DNA of 64,000 nt from Malacoraja senta (Eukaryota): the NCBI GenBank assembly GCA_038087875.1, contig CM075981.1, forward strand, positions 1,550,001 through 1,614,000, given 5' to 3'. A program made the position numbers and the translations under genes. This document shows positions 1 to 11,581 of the stretch, in pieces (the first letter of the stretch is position 1; each line of letters opens with the position of its first letter). The notes under the pieces are model-generated. The model saw only the letters and a list, made by a program, of their open reading frames with translations, had not been told where the DNA came from and ran no database searches.

Positions 1-29
1 TATGGCTCTATCGACAACATATTTTCCAG

Positions 30-76
30 AATCCAAGTGCAATACATCACACGGTGAAGACAACAATGAAATCCAG
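30..76 (+). CDS. Gene A (inhibitory CD300/pIgR-like, MDIR-like receptor): penultimate cytoplasmic exon, (E)SKCNTSHGEDNNEIQ
   Basis: ttttccAG acceptor at 28-29 and CAG|GTaaaa donor at 77-78. 47 nt, phase 1 to 0, which is the phase needed to join a TM exon like 56265-56407 to the ITIM exon. Paralogue at 58537-58583. Confidence 0.8.
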
Positions 77-494
77 GTAAAAATGTGAAATATAAATTCT
101 CTGAGTGATGAAAAATATATAATATTGAATTATCTGTGTTTACACAGGCCATTTAGCAACACCAGTCCACTCCAGTTAAGAGAACCAGCACAGAAACAGG
201 CCCTTTGGCCCACCGAGTCCACGCCGACCGGTGACCCACGCACACAAAAACTATCCTACGCACACTAGGGACAATTTGCAATTATGCCAAACCAATTAAC
301 CTACAAACATGTTGTAGGCACTGTCAGGCAACAACTCTACCGCTGCTCCACCATGCTGCGCTATCTTTGTGTTGTAAACAGCAGCAATGGCCTGTTCTGT
401 ACACTGAACAGTTTGAGACCTACTTTGTAATAGACATCTGTTGAGGACCTTTCAAATCTATTAGGTTGTAAAATTGGATTTTGTTATATTTTAG

Positions 495-777
495 GAAATG
501 GCAGTGTTGGAAAGGAACCACGTTGATGCAAATCTGCAGCAAATTGGAAACAATAAACAACAGGGCAGCTGACCATTTGGATAACAATGAAGGTGGAATC
601 ACGTATGCAGTGGTGAAATGTCAAAGGAAGTCGAGATCAAGGCACCCTGAGACTCACAACACTGTTCTCTACGCAGATGTTAATTTTCATCGCAACTGCC
701 CAAAGGGCAATCGGAAACCCACTCCTACTAGGGCTCCAGAGAACTCTGAAACAATTTATGCCTCTGTTGTTTCTTAG
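495..777 (+). pseudogene. Gene A terminal ITIM/ITSM exon, frameshifted by a 7-bp insertion (premature TGA at 570-572)
   Basis: ttatattttAG acceptor at 493-494. It matches 59002-59277 except for an extra TAAACAA near 551-560. ITYAVV, VLYADV and TIYASV are present only in the shifted frame (ORF 481..777). Confidence 0.75.
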
Positions 778-874
778 GAGAGATCTTTAATTCGGTGTGA
801 GTTTTTAGCAATACTTGCTTTACCACTCTATTTAGATTACACTGCTTTAATCTGTCCTATACGTTGTGAAAGAT

Positions 875-1070
875 GGACACAAAATGCTGGAGTAACTCAA
901 CAGGTCAGACAGCATCTCTGGAGAAAATAGACAGTTGATGTTTGACGTTGGGACCCATATTCAGATGGTCTGTAGAAAGGTCCTGACCCAAAATGTTACC
1001 CATTAATTTTCACCAGAGATATTTCATGACCATCTGAGTTACTCCAGCATTTTGGGTTCGTCTTTGGATA
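875..1070. repeat. Degenerate palindromic (Penelope-derived hairpin) repeat just downstream of the gene A stop; paralogue at about 59375-59570
   Basis: The left arm acacaaaatgctggagtaactca... is mirrored by ...tgagttactccagcattttgggt. Same family as the perfect hairpin at 6274-6464. Confidence 0.65.
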
Positions 1071-2754
1071 AACCGGCATCTTTTTATAGCTATACTTTGT
1101 CAAGCTCCTTCTGAGCTGGTTCTTCAATTCATCAGGTGTAAGGGTGATGGGAGAAGGCAGGAGAGTGATGTTAGGAGGGAGAGGTAGATCAGCGATGATT
1201 CAATGGTGGAGTAGCTTTCATGGGCAAAATTGTCTGCCCCTATCACTGATGACCTTACGAATTACACTCACTTCTACGATCTCTTTCATCCGCCAGTATA
1301 ATGAATGACTCTAGATCACGCATACAAATGATAAAACGCCACTGGTTCCCATTCTTGTCATACCCACCCTCATTCCCTCCACCCACAAATTCCCCAACCC
1401 TCCCATCATAATTCCTTGCAAGGGTCAGCCTAAGCACACCTCAACCCATTGTCTCTGGGCCCAAATATTGTGCGTTCAAGTCAATAAAGGGGCAATGGGC
1501 CAAGCAAGAAAATGGTTCAAGTGGATAGTGGGCTAAGGCAGAGAAGCCCAAGATGCAGCAGAAGTAAGTTCAATTGGAAATGCTGATCTTAGCAGCATTT
1601 CTACAGGACCTCTTCTAAACTCTAGAGGTACTCTGTTCGAAATATACAAAGTTCTTACAGAGCAGGAGAGTGCAGGTGAAGGGATTAGGTTTTCCATGGC
1701 TCGTAGTGAGGAGGGGTTAGTTGGGCCAAAGGGTCTGTTTCTTCGTTGTATGAATCTATGACTCGAATAAACTCTAGCCTGGGAACAATTTTTTCTTCAA
1801 TATTGAAGGATTCACGGAAATAGAACTAGTACTGGATATGAGGTGTTAAAGGATAAGGTATGATTTTAATGCATGGTGTAGTTATGAAGGACCTAGTGCG
1901 GACTGACATATTTGTTCATTAATTTGTTCGCCCTACAATACACTTTTTTTTTAACACATTTCCAGTCAATGTACAAACACATCAAAGGCCATCGTGCGAT
2001 GGAAATAGATATTGGGTTCTGAGTCAAATGTGTGAGCTGCATCTTTCTGTAGTCAACGAGCTTCCTGTTAATATGTGCAGTTGAGTAAACACAAAACAAC
2101 ACTTCAGTGGGTCAAGCAGCATCTCTGACAGGAAATGGGCACATGACATTTCAGGTCAAGACCCTACTTCAGACTGGTGTTACTTTTCTCAGAATATGAC
2201 TGCCGCAGAAACCCACAAACATACAATGTGCATAGGTTAGTACGTTTTTAGTGCAGAATTAGGCATCTCGGCCATTCAAGTCTACTCCACACTTCAATCA
2301 TGGCTGATGTATTTTCCCCTCCCAACCCATTCTCCTGCCTTCTCCTTATAATCCCTGAAGCCCACACTGATCAGGAATCTTTCATCTCTGCCTCCGAAAT
2401 ATCCATTGATTTGGCTTCCACTACCGTCTGTTAAAATAAATTCCACAGATTCACCACCCTCTAACTAAGGAAATTTGGCCCATATCTCTCTAAACCTATC
2501 ATGTCAAGGTACCCTCAGGTTCCTATTAAATCTTTCCCCCCTCCCCCCCTCACCCCCTCAACCCCCCCCCCCACCTCACCCCCCCCCCTCACCCCCCCCC
2601 CCCACACCTCACTCCCCCCCTCTCACCCCCCCCTCTCCCCCTTAAACCTATGTCCTCTGGTCCTCAAGTGTTCAGCAAGAACCTGTAGAGTGTAAGAATG
2701 TTCGCTCAGGGAGAGCACCTTGTCCTGGCAGGTTAGTGGGTTTCAGGTAGAACA

Positions 2755-3010
2755 CAGTGGCACAGCGGTAGAGTTGCTGCATTACCACGGCTGAGATCCA
2801 GGTACGATGCTGACTTCGGGTGCTGTCTCTATGGAGTATGTACGTTCTCCCTGTGTCCGCATGGGTTTTCTCTGGGTACTCCAATTTCCTCCCACACTCC
2901 AAATACATACAGGTTTGTAGGTTAATTTGCTCAATAAATTGTATATGGGGTGAACACTGATTGGCGCGGTGTCGATGGGCCGAAGACCCTGTTCCCACGC
3001 TGTATCTATA
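2755..3010 (+). mobile_element. tRNA-derived SINE (elasmobranch type); paralogue at about 61240-61500
   Basis: A-box-like gtggcacagcggtagag head, B-box-like segment, and the conserved body ending ggttttc...cccacactccaaa...gggccgaag...ctgtatct shared with other copies in the window. Confidence 0.8.
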
Positions 3011-3440
3011 ACGTTTTCTTGTCAATTGCGCACACCGGAAGGAGCTGGATACCATTCTTGTCCAGAGCACAGCTGCCTTGTGTACCTCGGACGTTGTGCA
3101 ACACAACGCAACGATAAAATGGTCTGACTGGGGAGCCCTTCCCACCAACTTGATAGGGCTCTTAAAGATAGCAGAGTCAGGGGATATGGGGAGAAGGCAG
3201 GAACATGGTACTGATTGTGGATGATCAGCAATGATCGCATTAAATGGCGGTGCTGGCTCGTAGGGCCGAATGGCCTTCTCCTACACCTATTGTCTATTGT
3301 CTATTGTCTATAACACCCAAGGAAGGATGTTCACTGTCGGCTTCCAAAACCATCAGGGAGGAAGTACCATAGACTTAACTCTGCAGTTTGCTTGCTGGTT
3401 TGCAAGCATGTGTCGAGGAGGATGGTGGCTTAAGAGTTAA

Positions 3441-4800
3441 TGTGTACATGACAGATTGCTTGTTGCACGTGGTGAGCCTGCTTTACCCACTTAGGATTGT
3501 TAACTAATGAATGGTTTTGCAGAACTAAAAAAGGTATTGTGACTAAAAAGGGAAGAGGCCCGATACCAAGTAGTACTGCAGTTAAACACATCTGTCCTAA
3601 ACAATAAGAACCAGTGCAGAAATGTGCTGATTGTGTGATTAGCTGGACACATGACCACTCATGTATAAATATACTGCCTGTGCACAGAAAAATTGAGTGG
3701 GACCGTGAGGGGCAACGATTATGTAACCATACTCATGTATGCTCTCCAACTCCCGCGTGCGTAATAAAGAGGAATTGTTACATTCTTAAAGTGACTAATT
3801 TGGTTTGTTGTTTGATAGCGCGGTTTGAAATTTAACATTGGCATAGTCGGCAGGATATCGCTGGGACCATCCCCGACGACTGCGTAAGCAGCTGTTATCT
3901 GGCCGGGACCTCGAGGTGGTAAAAAAGTGTACTATCGGATCCATTGAGTCTGAACTCCGAACGAGTTCTCGGGAAACCGTGGTCCCTCGTCTGAGGTTGA
4001 TCTGGTTCCCTGCCGAGATTAACAAGAGTCAGAGGTAAGAGAAACATCGTTATAATAGTCAAAAGGTGGGTTAATTGAACATTCAAACTGAGAAGAGTGG
4101 GGTCTGTGTAAATTAAGATAATAATTGAACATTCCCATCGTAATTCCTTGCAAAGGTCAGCCCTAAGCACACCACAACCCATTCTCTCTGGGCCAAAATA
4201 TTGTGGGTTCAAGTCCGTAAAGGGGCAATAGATCAAGCAAGAACATGGGTTCAAGTGGATTGTGGTCTAAAGCAGATAAGCCCAAGATGTAAAATGATCC
4301 TCAAGCCTGGGTAAGGGGCCTCACTGAAACTTGGTCAAGACTGGATTTTACCTGCCTCAGTGACCAGTTGCAAATAAACTGATCTTAAGTGAGCCCATCC
4401 CTAGATACGACCTAGCAGAGGGGAAATGGGGAGGGATGTGAGTAATTTAGCGTGGAACTGCAGAAATATTCATAGATTTTCTAATTTGTTAGAATGCAAG
4501 AAGTGCGACAAGAGTGTTTTATTGTCATAGAGTATGTACTTGCAGCTGCACAATAGAGCAATATACATGAATTCCATTATCTTTTGTACTAACTGAGAAT
4601 GCAAGGTGGAGGAAGGGGAGGAAGGCAATGTAGATGTGGTTGTGTAAAAGGCTATGAATGCTTTGTATCTGAGGGCATCTGCCCCAGGACATGTGTAACT
4701 AAAGTTGGCCAATGTGTAATAAAAATAATTTGTTCTGAAAATAAGCCCCCGAGTCCACGTGAAATGTTCCCGTCTACAACGTCCTTCCCCAGTAAATGAG
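3441..4800 (+). mobile_element. Internally deleted LTR retroelement/ERV relic with a tRNA-Ser primer-binding site; paralogue at about 61945-63290
   Basis: LTR-like segment with AATAAA ending ...tttaaCA at 3837, then TGGCATAGTCGGCAGGAT (3839-3856). The paralogue has TGGCGTAGTCGGCAGGAT (62345-62362), the exact complement of the vertebrate tRNA-Ser 3' end. AG|GTAAGA donor at about 4035. Purine tract 4417-4436 followed by TGT. Confidence 0.7.
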
Positions 4801-6069
4801 CACACGATGTACGAGCACTTCAGTGCCAACTGTGGAGTACATCAATGCCTGAACTGCAAACTTCTGAGTGAGATTCGAAACCAAGAAGATTCAACTGTCA
4901 TGACCACAGAACCCCAACCCCTCTCCAAAAAAAGGCAATTTCTGTAGCAGAAGAAAGTTCGATAGGAAATTCCGGTCTTAGCAGCATTGCTAAAGGACCT
5001 CTTCTCAACTCTGGAGGTACTCTGTTCGAAATATACAAAGTTCTTACAGAGCAGGAGAGTGCAGGGATGAGGCCTATCTTTGCTCAATTATCCAGACGCA
5101 GTGAGGAGGGGTAAGTTGGGCCAAATGGCCTGTTTCTGCGTTGTATGACTCAATGACTCCAATACAATCTAGCCTGGGAACAATTGTTTCTTTGATATTA
5201 AGGGATCTATGGAAATAGAACTAGTACTGGAAACTGACATGATAAAGGATAAGCTACGATTTTAATGCATGGTGTAGTTATGAAGGACCGAATGGGGCCT
5301 GATATACTTGTTCATTAAATTGTTCACCCAACAATACACATTTATTTGTTTTGAACACATTTCCAGTCAATGTACAAACACATCAAAGGCCAACGTGCGA
5401 TGGAAAGAAATATTGGGTTCTGAGCCAAATGTGTGAGCTGCAATCTTGCTGTGGTCAACGTGCTTCCTGTTAATATGAGCAGTTGAGCAAAACACAAAAA
5501 AACACTACAGTGGTTCAAACAGCATATGTGAAAGGAGATGGGCAAGTGACATTTCAAGTCAGGACCCTACTTCAGACTGGTGTTACTTTTCTCAGAATAT
5601 GATTGCAGCAGAAACCCACAAACAAACAATGGTCATAGGTTCATAAGTCCTAAGTGCAGAATTAGGCCTTTCGGCCCATCAAGTCTACTCCGCCATTCAA
5701 TCATGGCTGATCTATCTTCCCCTCTCAACTCCATTCACCTGCCTTCTCCCCATAACCCCTGACTCCCACACTAATCAGGTATCTGTCAATCTCTGCCTAA
5801 AAAATATCCATCGAATTGGCTTCCACAGTTGACTGTTGAAAAAATTCCACAAATTCACCAACCTCTGACTAAAGAAATTTGGCCCATATCTCTCTAAACC
5901 TATCCTGTCCAGCTTCCCTCAGGTTCCTATTAAATCTTTCCCCAACCTTAAACCTATGACCACTGCTTCTCAAATTATGTCCTCTGGTTCTCAAGTATTC
6001 AGCAATAACATGTAGAGTATAAGAATGTTATCTTAGGGAGAGCACATTGCCCTGGCAGGTCAGTGGGTG

Positions 6070-6560
6070 GAACACAGTGGCACAGCGGTAGAGTCGCTGC
6101 CTTACAGCGCCTGAGACCCAGGTTCGATGCTGACTTCGGGTGCTGTCTGTATGGAGTTTGTACGTTCTCCTTGTGTACACATGTTTCTCAGGGTGCTCCG
6201 GTTTCCTCCCACACTCCAAAGACATATAGGTTTGTAGGTTGTTAAAGAAGGAACTGCAGATGCTGGAAAATCGAAGGTACACAAAAATGCTGGAGAAACT
6301 CAGCGGGTGCAGCAGCATCTATGGAGCGAAGGAAATAGGCAACGTTTCGGGCCGAAACCCTTCTTCAGACTGAAGAAGGGTTTCGGCCCGAAACGTTGCC
6401 TATTTCCTTCGCTCCATAGATGCTGCTGCACCCGCTGAGTTTCTCCAGCATTTTTGTGTACCTTAGGTTTGTAGGTTAATGTGCACAGTAAATTGTATAT
6501 GGGGTGAACACTGGTTGGCGCGGTCTCAGTGGGCCGAAGAGCCTGTTTCCACGCTGTATC
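6070..6560 (+). mobile_element. tRNA-derived SINE interrupted by a hairpin element
   Basis: SINE head at about 6070 and body resuming at 6464 after a duplicated target TAGGTTTGTAGGTT (6227-6240 and 6464-6477). Confidence 0.8.
6241..6464. mobile_element. Palindromic Penelope-derived insertion with perfect 95-bp arms (6274-6368 and 6370-6464)
   Basis: Arms checked base by base as exact reverse complements around a single A at 6369. Flanked by a target-site duplication of about 14 bp. Confidence 0.85.
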
Positions 6561-7630
6561 TATAAAGTTTTCTTGCCAATTGCACACTCCAGAAGTAGAT
6601 GGATAACAGTTTTGTCCAGAGCACAGCTGCCTTGTGCAGATCTGTGGTTGTGCAACACAACGCAACGCAAAAAGGATCTGACTTGGAGCCCTTCCCACCA
6701 CCACCCAACGTAGGATGTTCACAGTCGGCTTGCAAAACCATCGAGGGGGAAGTACCATAGACTTAATTCTGCAGTTTGCTTGCCGGTTTGCAAGCATGCA
6801 GCTCCCATGTTGCTACCCAGGGTTCAATCCTTGTTCTTGCCTGCAAGGTAAGTTGAAATATATGTCAGACAATCACACATTGGCACAGCAGGTAGAGCCG
6901 CTGCCGCACAGCATCCGAGTCCCAGGTTCGATACTGACCTCGAGTGCTGTCTGGAAATCATTTGTAACCAATGATGTAGAATTTCATGATCACGGCAGGA
7001 TTAAAAACGTATTAATTTGTGTGAATCTCTGGAGGAACTCCAGTAATCGCACAACATTAAAGTGAATCTGCTTGCCGTCACTCCATATTTTCCTTACTTT
7101 TGTCAAAATTATTTTGAAATGTATCTCCCAGTCGGTGTGGAGACGCTCAGGAGGGAAGTCCAGAAGAGAGTGTGAATGGTTTACATCAGCGTGGCCAAGC
7201 AAAACCTGGGCCACAGTTTCGCTGAGCACTTGTGCTTGGTCTGTCATGACCCAGAATCGCGCTTGATAGACACCCCATCCTCAACCTCCCCCGCTGATGC
7301 AGAGCAGCAGCAGTTTAGCACGATGCACTGCAGCAACTCACCAAGACTCCCTCGACAGCGCCTTGCAATTGCAAAAGGCTCCGTGTTCAAGGCATTATTC
7401 TTCACCATTCCCACCAACACTGGCTGGGAAGTGCTTTGGAACGACCTGTGCAGGTGGTGAGGGACGGTGTACAGTATCTGTCTCTCATCGCAATCTAGGT
7501 GGAATTCAACACAGTTACGAAAATGATTGGGCGGTCTCCCCTGTACACAGTGATGTATATTATAATGTATCTGTTTGTGAAAGGCTAATTTTCCTCTTCA
7601 AATTATGAAATATTTAACCTTCAGTTTCAT

Positions 7631-7926
7631 GTGCACTGTGGGCAGAGAGCGCAGAAAGAGGGGTTGTAGGTAAAGCGATCACAATCGTATGTCACTATGC
7701 AGCAGCGTACCGCTCACACACAAAATACTGGTGCCGTGGGACAAGTCGCCAACGTACACATGTGGTGGAAACAAATGGCAAACATGGACAGAGCGGAAGA
7801 GTGTCAATCACAGATAACCCGGCACGAGGAACATTTACTGTGACTGTGGAGGATCTTCGCTCTGGAGATACAGGATGGTACAAATGTGGAATTATTACAT
7901 CTGGCGAACCAACATTTAAAGTACAC
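7631..7926 (+). pseudogene. V4-type Ig V pseudo-exon of a relic (psi) receptor gene
   Basis: Homologous to 24377-24688 and 47136-47447. The acceptor is tttcAT instead of tttcAG, the C'-strand Cys is replaced by Arg (RQRTH vs RQCKH), and the 3' end and donor are deleted and fused to sequence homologous to about 29985 onward. Confidence 0.85.
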
Positions 7927-8632
7927 AACAAAAACCGTGCAGGTTTTCATATCCTGAAGTTAAACCAAATCTCGATGTGTATGATATCACGAGGTATTGT
8001 CAGGTTGTACGTGTGCAGAATGGATTTCTGTGCCCGGTGTGGATTCTTAGGGGTCCATCTTCCAGACAGCAATGTGTTGGGGGTGGTCGGGTCAAATAAA
8101 GCGTGGTTCCCACTGTCAATGAGTCTGATGACTTCACATTGTCTTTTGCAGAGACGCGATGAGTCAGAAGCTGGCCACTCGACCCACGAATTACAATGAA
8201 GACACCTAGCTTGCACCAACAGTGAGGGAATTCTGCACCGCGATGAAATATTTATGCATCATCCTGCTTTGTCAACTGATATCAATTCGACGGAATATAC
8301 GTCTCTTGCAATTCAACTAATGAATTCATGAAAGTGACTTCAAAGCAATGTTCCAAAGTTTCCAAACCATATATGTTTCCAAAACGCATTTCCGGCAATG
8401 ATCTGATTGTTTGTCACCTCTTCCAAGGTTTCTTTCGTCACCTTCGAACTGTTGTTTTAACCTTTGCATGTTTTCCGTTGCTCCAACGTCTTATACTCTG
8501 TTAAACTATATTATATGCATTCAACTTCCTGGAAAAAAATGTTTTCGCTGATTATTGAATAATAATGCATCATAATGCTTCTTAATAAATTGTTATTGTC
8601 GATAAATTGTTTGTCTGATTTGTTTTGTATAT

Positions 8633-8703
8633 ACTGCAACTTCAGTGATGAAGAACAGACTGCAATCAGACTGCTGCATATTCCTTCGGTTGCCAAACGT
8701 TAA
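8633..8703 (+). pseudogene. Relic short-tail exon of the psi activating gene, CNFSDEEQTAIRLLHIPSVAKR*
   Basis: Same length (71 nt), frame and TAA as 30693-30763, but the acceptor is AT (8631-8632) instead of AG. Confidence 0.65.
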
Positions 8704-8959
8704 AGGCGTTTAGGAAAGGCAATCAATTAATCTTTCAGACCATGCTATTCTATCAGAACAAAATTATGCAACGACATTGTTTTGACTATTAGCCTTATTT
8801 TTTATCTCCACAGATGTTGACTGACGCGCTAAGCACATCTAGCATCTGCAGATTTAATTTCCGATATGCAACTAATTTTTAGGTTGGAAGGAACTCCAGA
8901 TGCTGTTTTATACTGAAGATAGACATAAATTGCTGGGATAGGCAGCATCTGTGGATCGA

Positions 8960-9560
8960 TCAGGTAGGTTTAGGCGGACTGAGCGGCGGTGAGACGATCG
9001 CCGAGCCTGCGCTTGTTCTCGCTTCTCGGCGATCGTTTCGCTGAACACCGCCGCTCAGTCCGCCTAAATCTACCTGATATCCCGGTCGCTAAACACTTTA
9101 ACACCCCCCTCCCATTCACACACTGACATTTCAATCCTCGGCATCCTCCATTGTCATAGTGAGTCCCAGCGTAAATTGGAGGAACAGCACCTCATATTTC
9201 GCTTGGGCAGCTTACACCCCAGCCGTGTGAACAATTACTTCACTAACTTCAAGTAACCCTTGCTTTCCCTCTCAATCCACCCGCCCCCCCTCCCCCACCT
9301 TCCCAGTACTCCGATCAGTCTGACAGTCCCCGATTATATTTTATCTCTAATTGCGTTGTTGTCACCTTCTCCCAGCTAACAATAATCTATTCTACATTTT
9401 CCTTGATCCACATCACCTTTGGCTTCACGCCTTACAGTTCCTTATCCAAGTATCTCCCTCTCCCCTGACTTCAGTCTGAAGAAGGGTCTCGACCCGAAAC
9501 GTCACCCATTCCTTTCATTCATAGATGCTGCCTGTCCCGCTGAGTTACTCCAGCATGTTG
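8960..9560 (+). mobile_element. Penelope-like element fragment (GIY-YIG tail plus terminal hairpin arm)
   Basis: gatcgtttcgctgaacac...ctccattgtcatagtgag...ggaacagcacctcatatttcgcttgggcagc matches the other Penelope-like fragments. Ends in ctgaagaagggtctcgacccgaaacgtc. Confidence 0.7.
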
Positions 9561-9784
9561 TACAACAATATTTTTTGATTAAGTGATTGAATGATACAGC
9601 ATGGATACAGACCATTTGGCCCACCGAGTCCACGCAAACTAGCAATCAACCCTTTCACACTAATTCTATATCACTCCACTTTCGCGTCTTTTGAGCACAG
9701 TAATATTCATATACATTTTAATGCTGCAACGAGTTATTCATTTTGTCTACCGTACAAATGAGTTAAAGGACAAAAATAAAGGCC

Positions 9785-9990
9785 ACGATGGCGCAACGGT
9801 AGAGTTGCTGCCACACAGCGCTTGCATCGCCGGAGACCCGGGTTCGACGTGTACGGAGTTTGTACGTTCTCCCCGTGATCGCATGGGTTTTCTTCGATAT
9901 CTTCCGCCTCCTCCCACACTCCAAAGACGTACAGGTATGTATGTTAATTGGCTTGCTATTAATGAAAATTGTCCCCAGTGTGTATGCGGT
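9785..9990 (+). mobile_element. tRNA-derived SINE (truncated); fuller paralogue at about 32030-32345 ending in (TAAAC)n
   Basis: ggcgcaacggtagagttgctgcc...gggttcga head and the shared SINE body. Confidence 0.75.
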
Positions 9991-11581
9991 CAGTGTGGAC
10001 TCGCTGCTGACACTTTGCTCGCGCTGCTGCAACAAGGGTGTGTAGATTCGTATCTCTGAACAGCATCTTGCGAGCAACTCGTTGTAACACTGTTTGCTGA
10101 ACAGTGTTTGCAGAAGTCATGGGTCAATGGCGAATGAAGACAGAATTAAATTGTTTTGGTGCATCGTCGGTTCCTCTTTGCAGTATGTTTAGTTGGTCAA
10201 GTAAACATGAAATAGCTCCTAACAAAAGATCCTTTACAGAGGGCCGTCAACGCTCATCTAACATCAGTGGCGGACACATCAATGTGTTACACCGATGCCA
10301 CGTGATACACAACATTGACACTGATGTACACAACCCGAATAAACTGCACTCTTCCCCTGAAAGTAACACACCCAGAACGATAGCCCGCTGCAGATATTAG
10401 GTTATATTATAATGCAACTATTTGCCTACAGATTGAAATGAATCGATGCAAGCAGATGTAAAAAGTCAGCAACTGACATGTACATGAACAGAACACTGAT
10501 AATATATGAGCTCTGTATTGCAATGAAGACAAGTTAACAATTCTATTCAACGTGCATATTTTACCTTGCTTTAACTTCACTAAGTGTATCACTTCGCCCT
10601 TGTTTGAGTTACATTACACATGTCAGTTACATTCCACATCCCGCTTTCCCAGCTGATCTCCATCCTGTGGTAATTCTAGACAAACTTATTCACAGTCCAC
10701 TACACCATTAATTGTCATTTTCAAAACGTGAATAGCATGACAATAGTGTTTCAAAGTTTGAATTAAAGAGTTGAAGCAGAGAGGAGAAGGTCAAATTCCA
10801 ATTAACCTCAGCTGATTTCAGGTGAAAAGCCCCTACTTCCTCACGCCAGCTTCCTGTTTTGCCCCTTGTCCCCAGTAATATGCCACAACAAAAGTTCCAA
10901 TTATTATATTTTTAATCTGCCGGTCCACTTACAAAATCAACGAGAGGAAATGATCCGAAGTTTACACATCTTAGACGTTTCTACTCTTCTAAATGTCATA
11001 TTTTATCCAATGTATCATTGTTTACAAGAAGGGTCCCGACCCGAAACATCACCTATCGATTTTCTCCAGAGATGCTGCCTGGCCCGCAGAGTTCCTCCTG
11101 CATTTTTTTTGTCTAGCATTATTTCCACCACTGTTCAGTGTTAACAGACTCTGAGTACAGAGATAATCACAGCTCCATCCTTACGGATACATCACACTTG
11201 ACGAAGTGGTTGAAGCAGCAGCAATAACAACATCTAACGAGCATTGGACAGGTCCATGTAAGGGGAAGGTTTGGGGAGTTTCGGGTTTAAATGTGGGAAA
11301 ATCTAACTAACTTAGATATGCACATTGGTCTAACGCGTTGGGGAGAAGGGCCTGTTTCCGTGACGTATGACTCTGTGATCATCTGACCCAACCATTTGTT
11401 AAATATAACCCTGATCCTTTCACACTGTAACGTGTGGAGCTGCTGCTGGCTCGCTGTGGTTCAGGATCTGAAGTCCTGTTCCCTTCTTCGTCATTGCTAT
11501 TTGAGAGATGCGGTTGTATCTGAGAGCTACGAGCTGAGCGACAGACAGACAAGTGCTGGCCTCGTCACTGTGGATAAAACA

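Noticed and set aside
2537-2640. C-rich tract (also 61047-61125) giving Pro-rich ORFs; possible G-quadruplex on the minus strand
   Set aside because: Low-complexity run that differs in length between the paralogues and is prone to sequencing error; no evidence of coding or function.
7762-8199. 145-aa ORF starting in a V domain and running on into hydrophobic sequence
   Set aside because: It is the chance read-through of the psi V exon across a deletion junction. The acceptor is dead and there is no leader.
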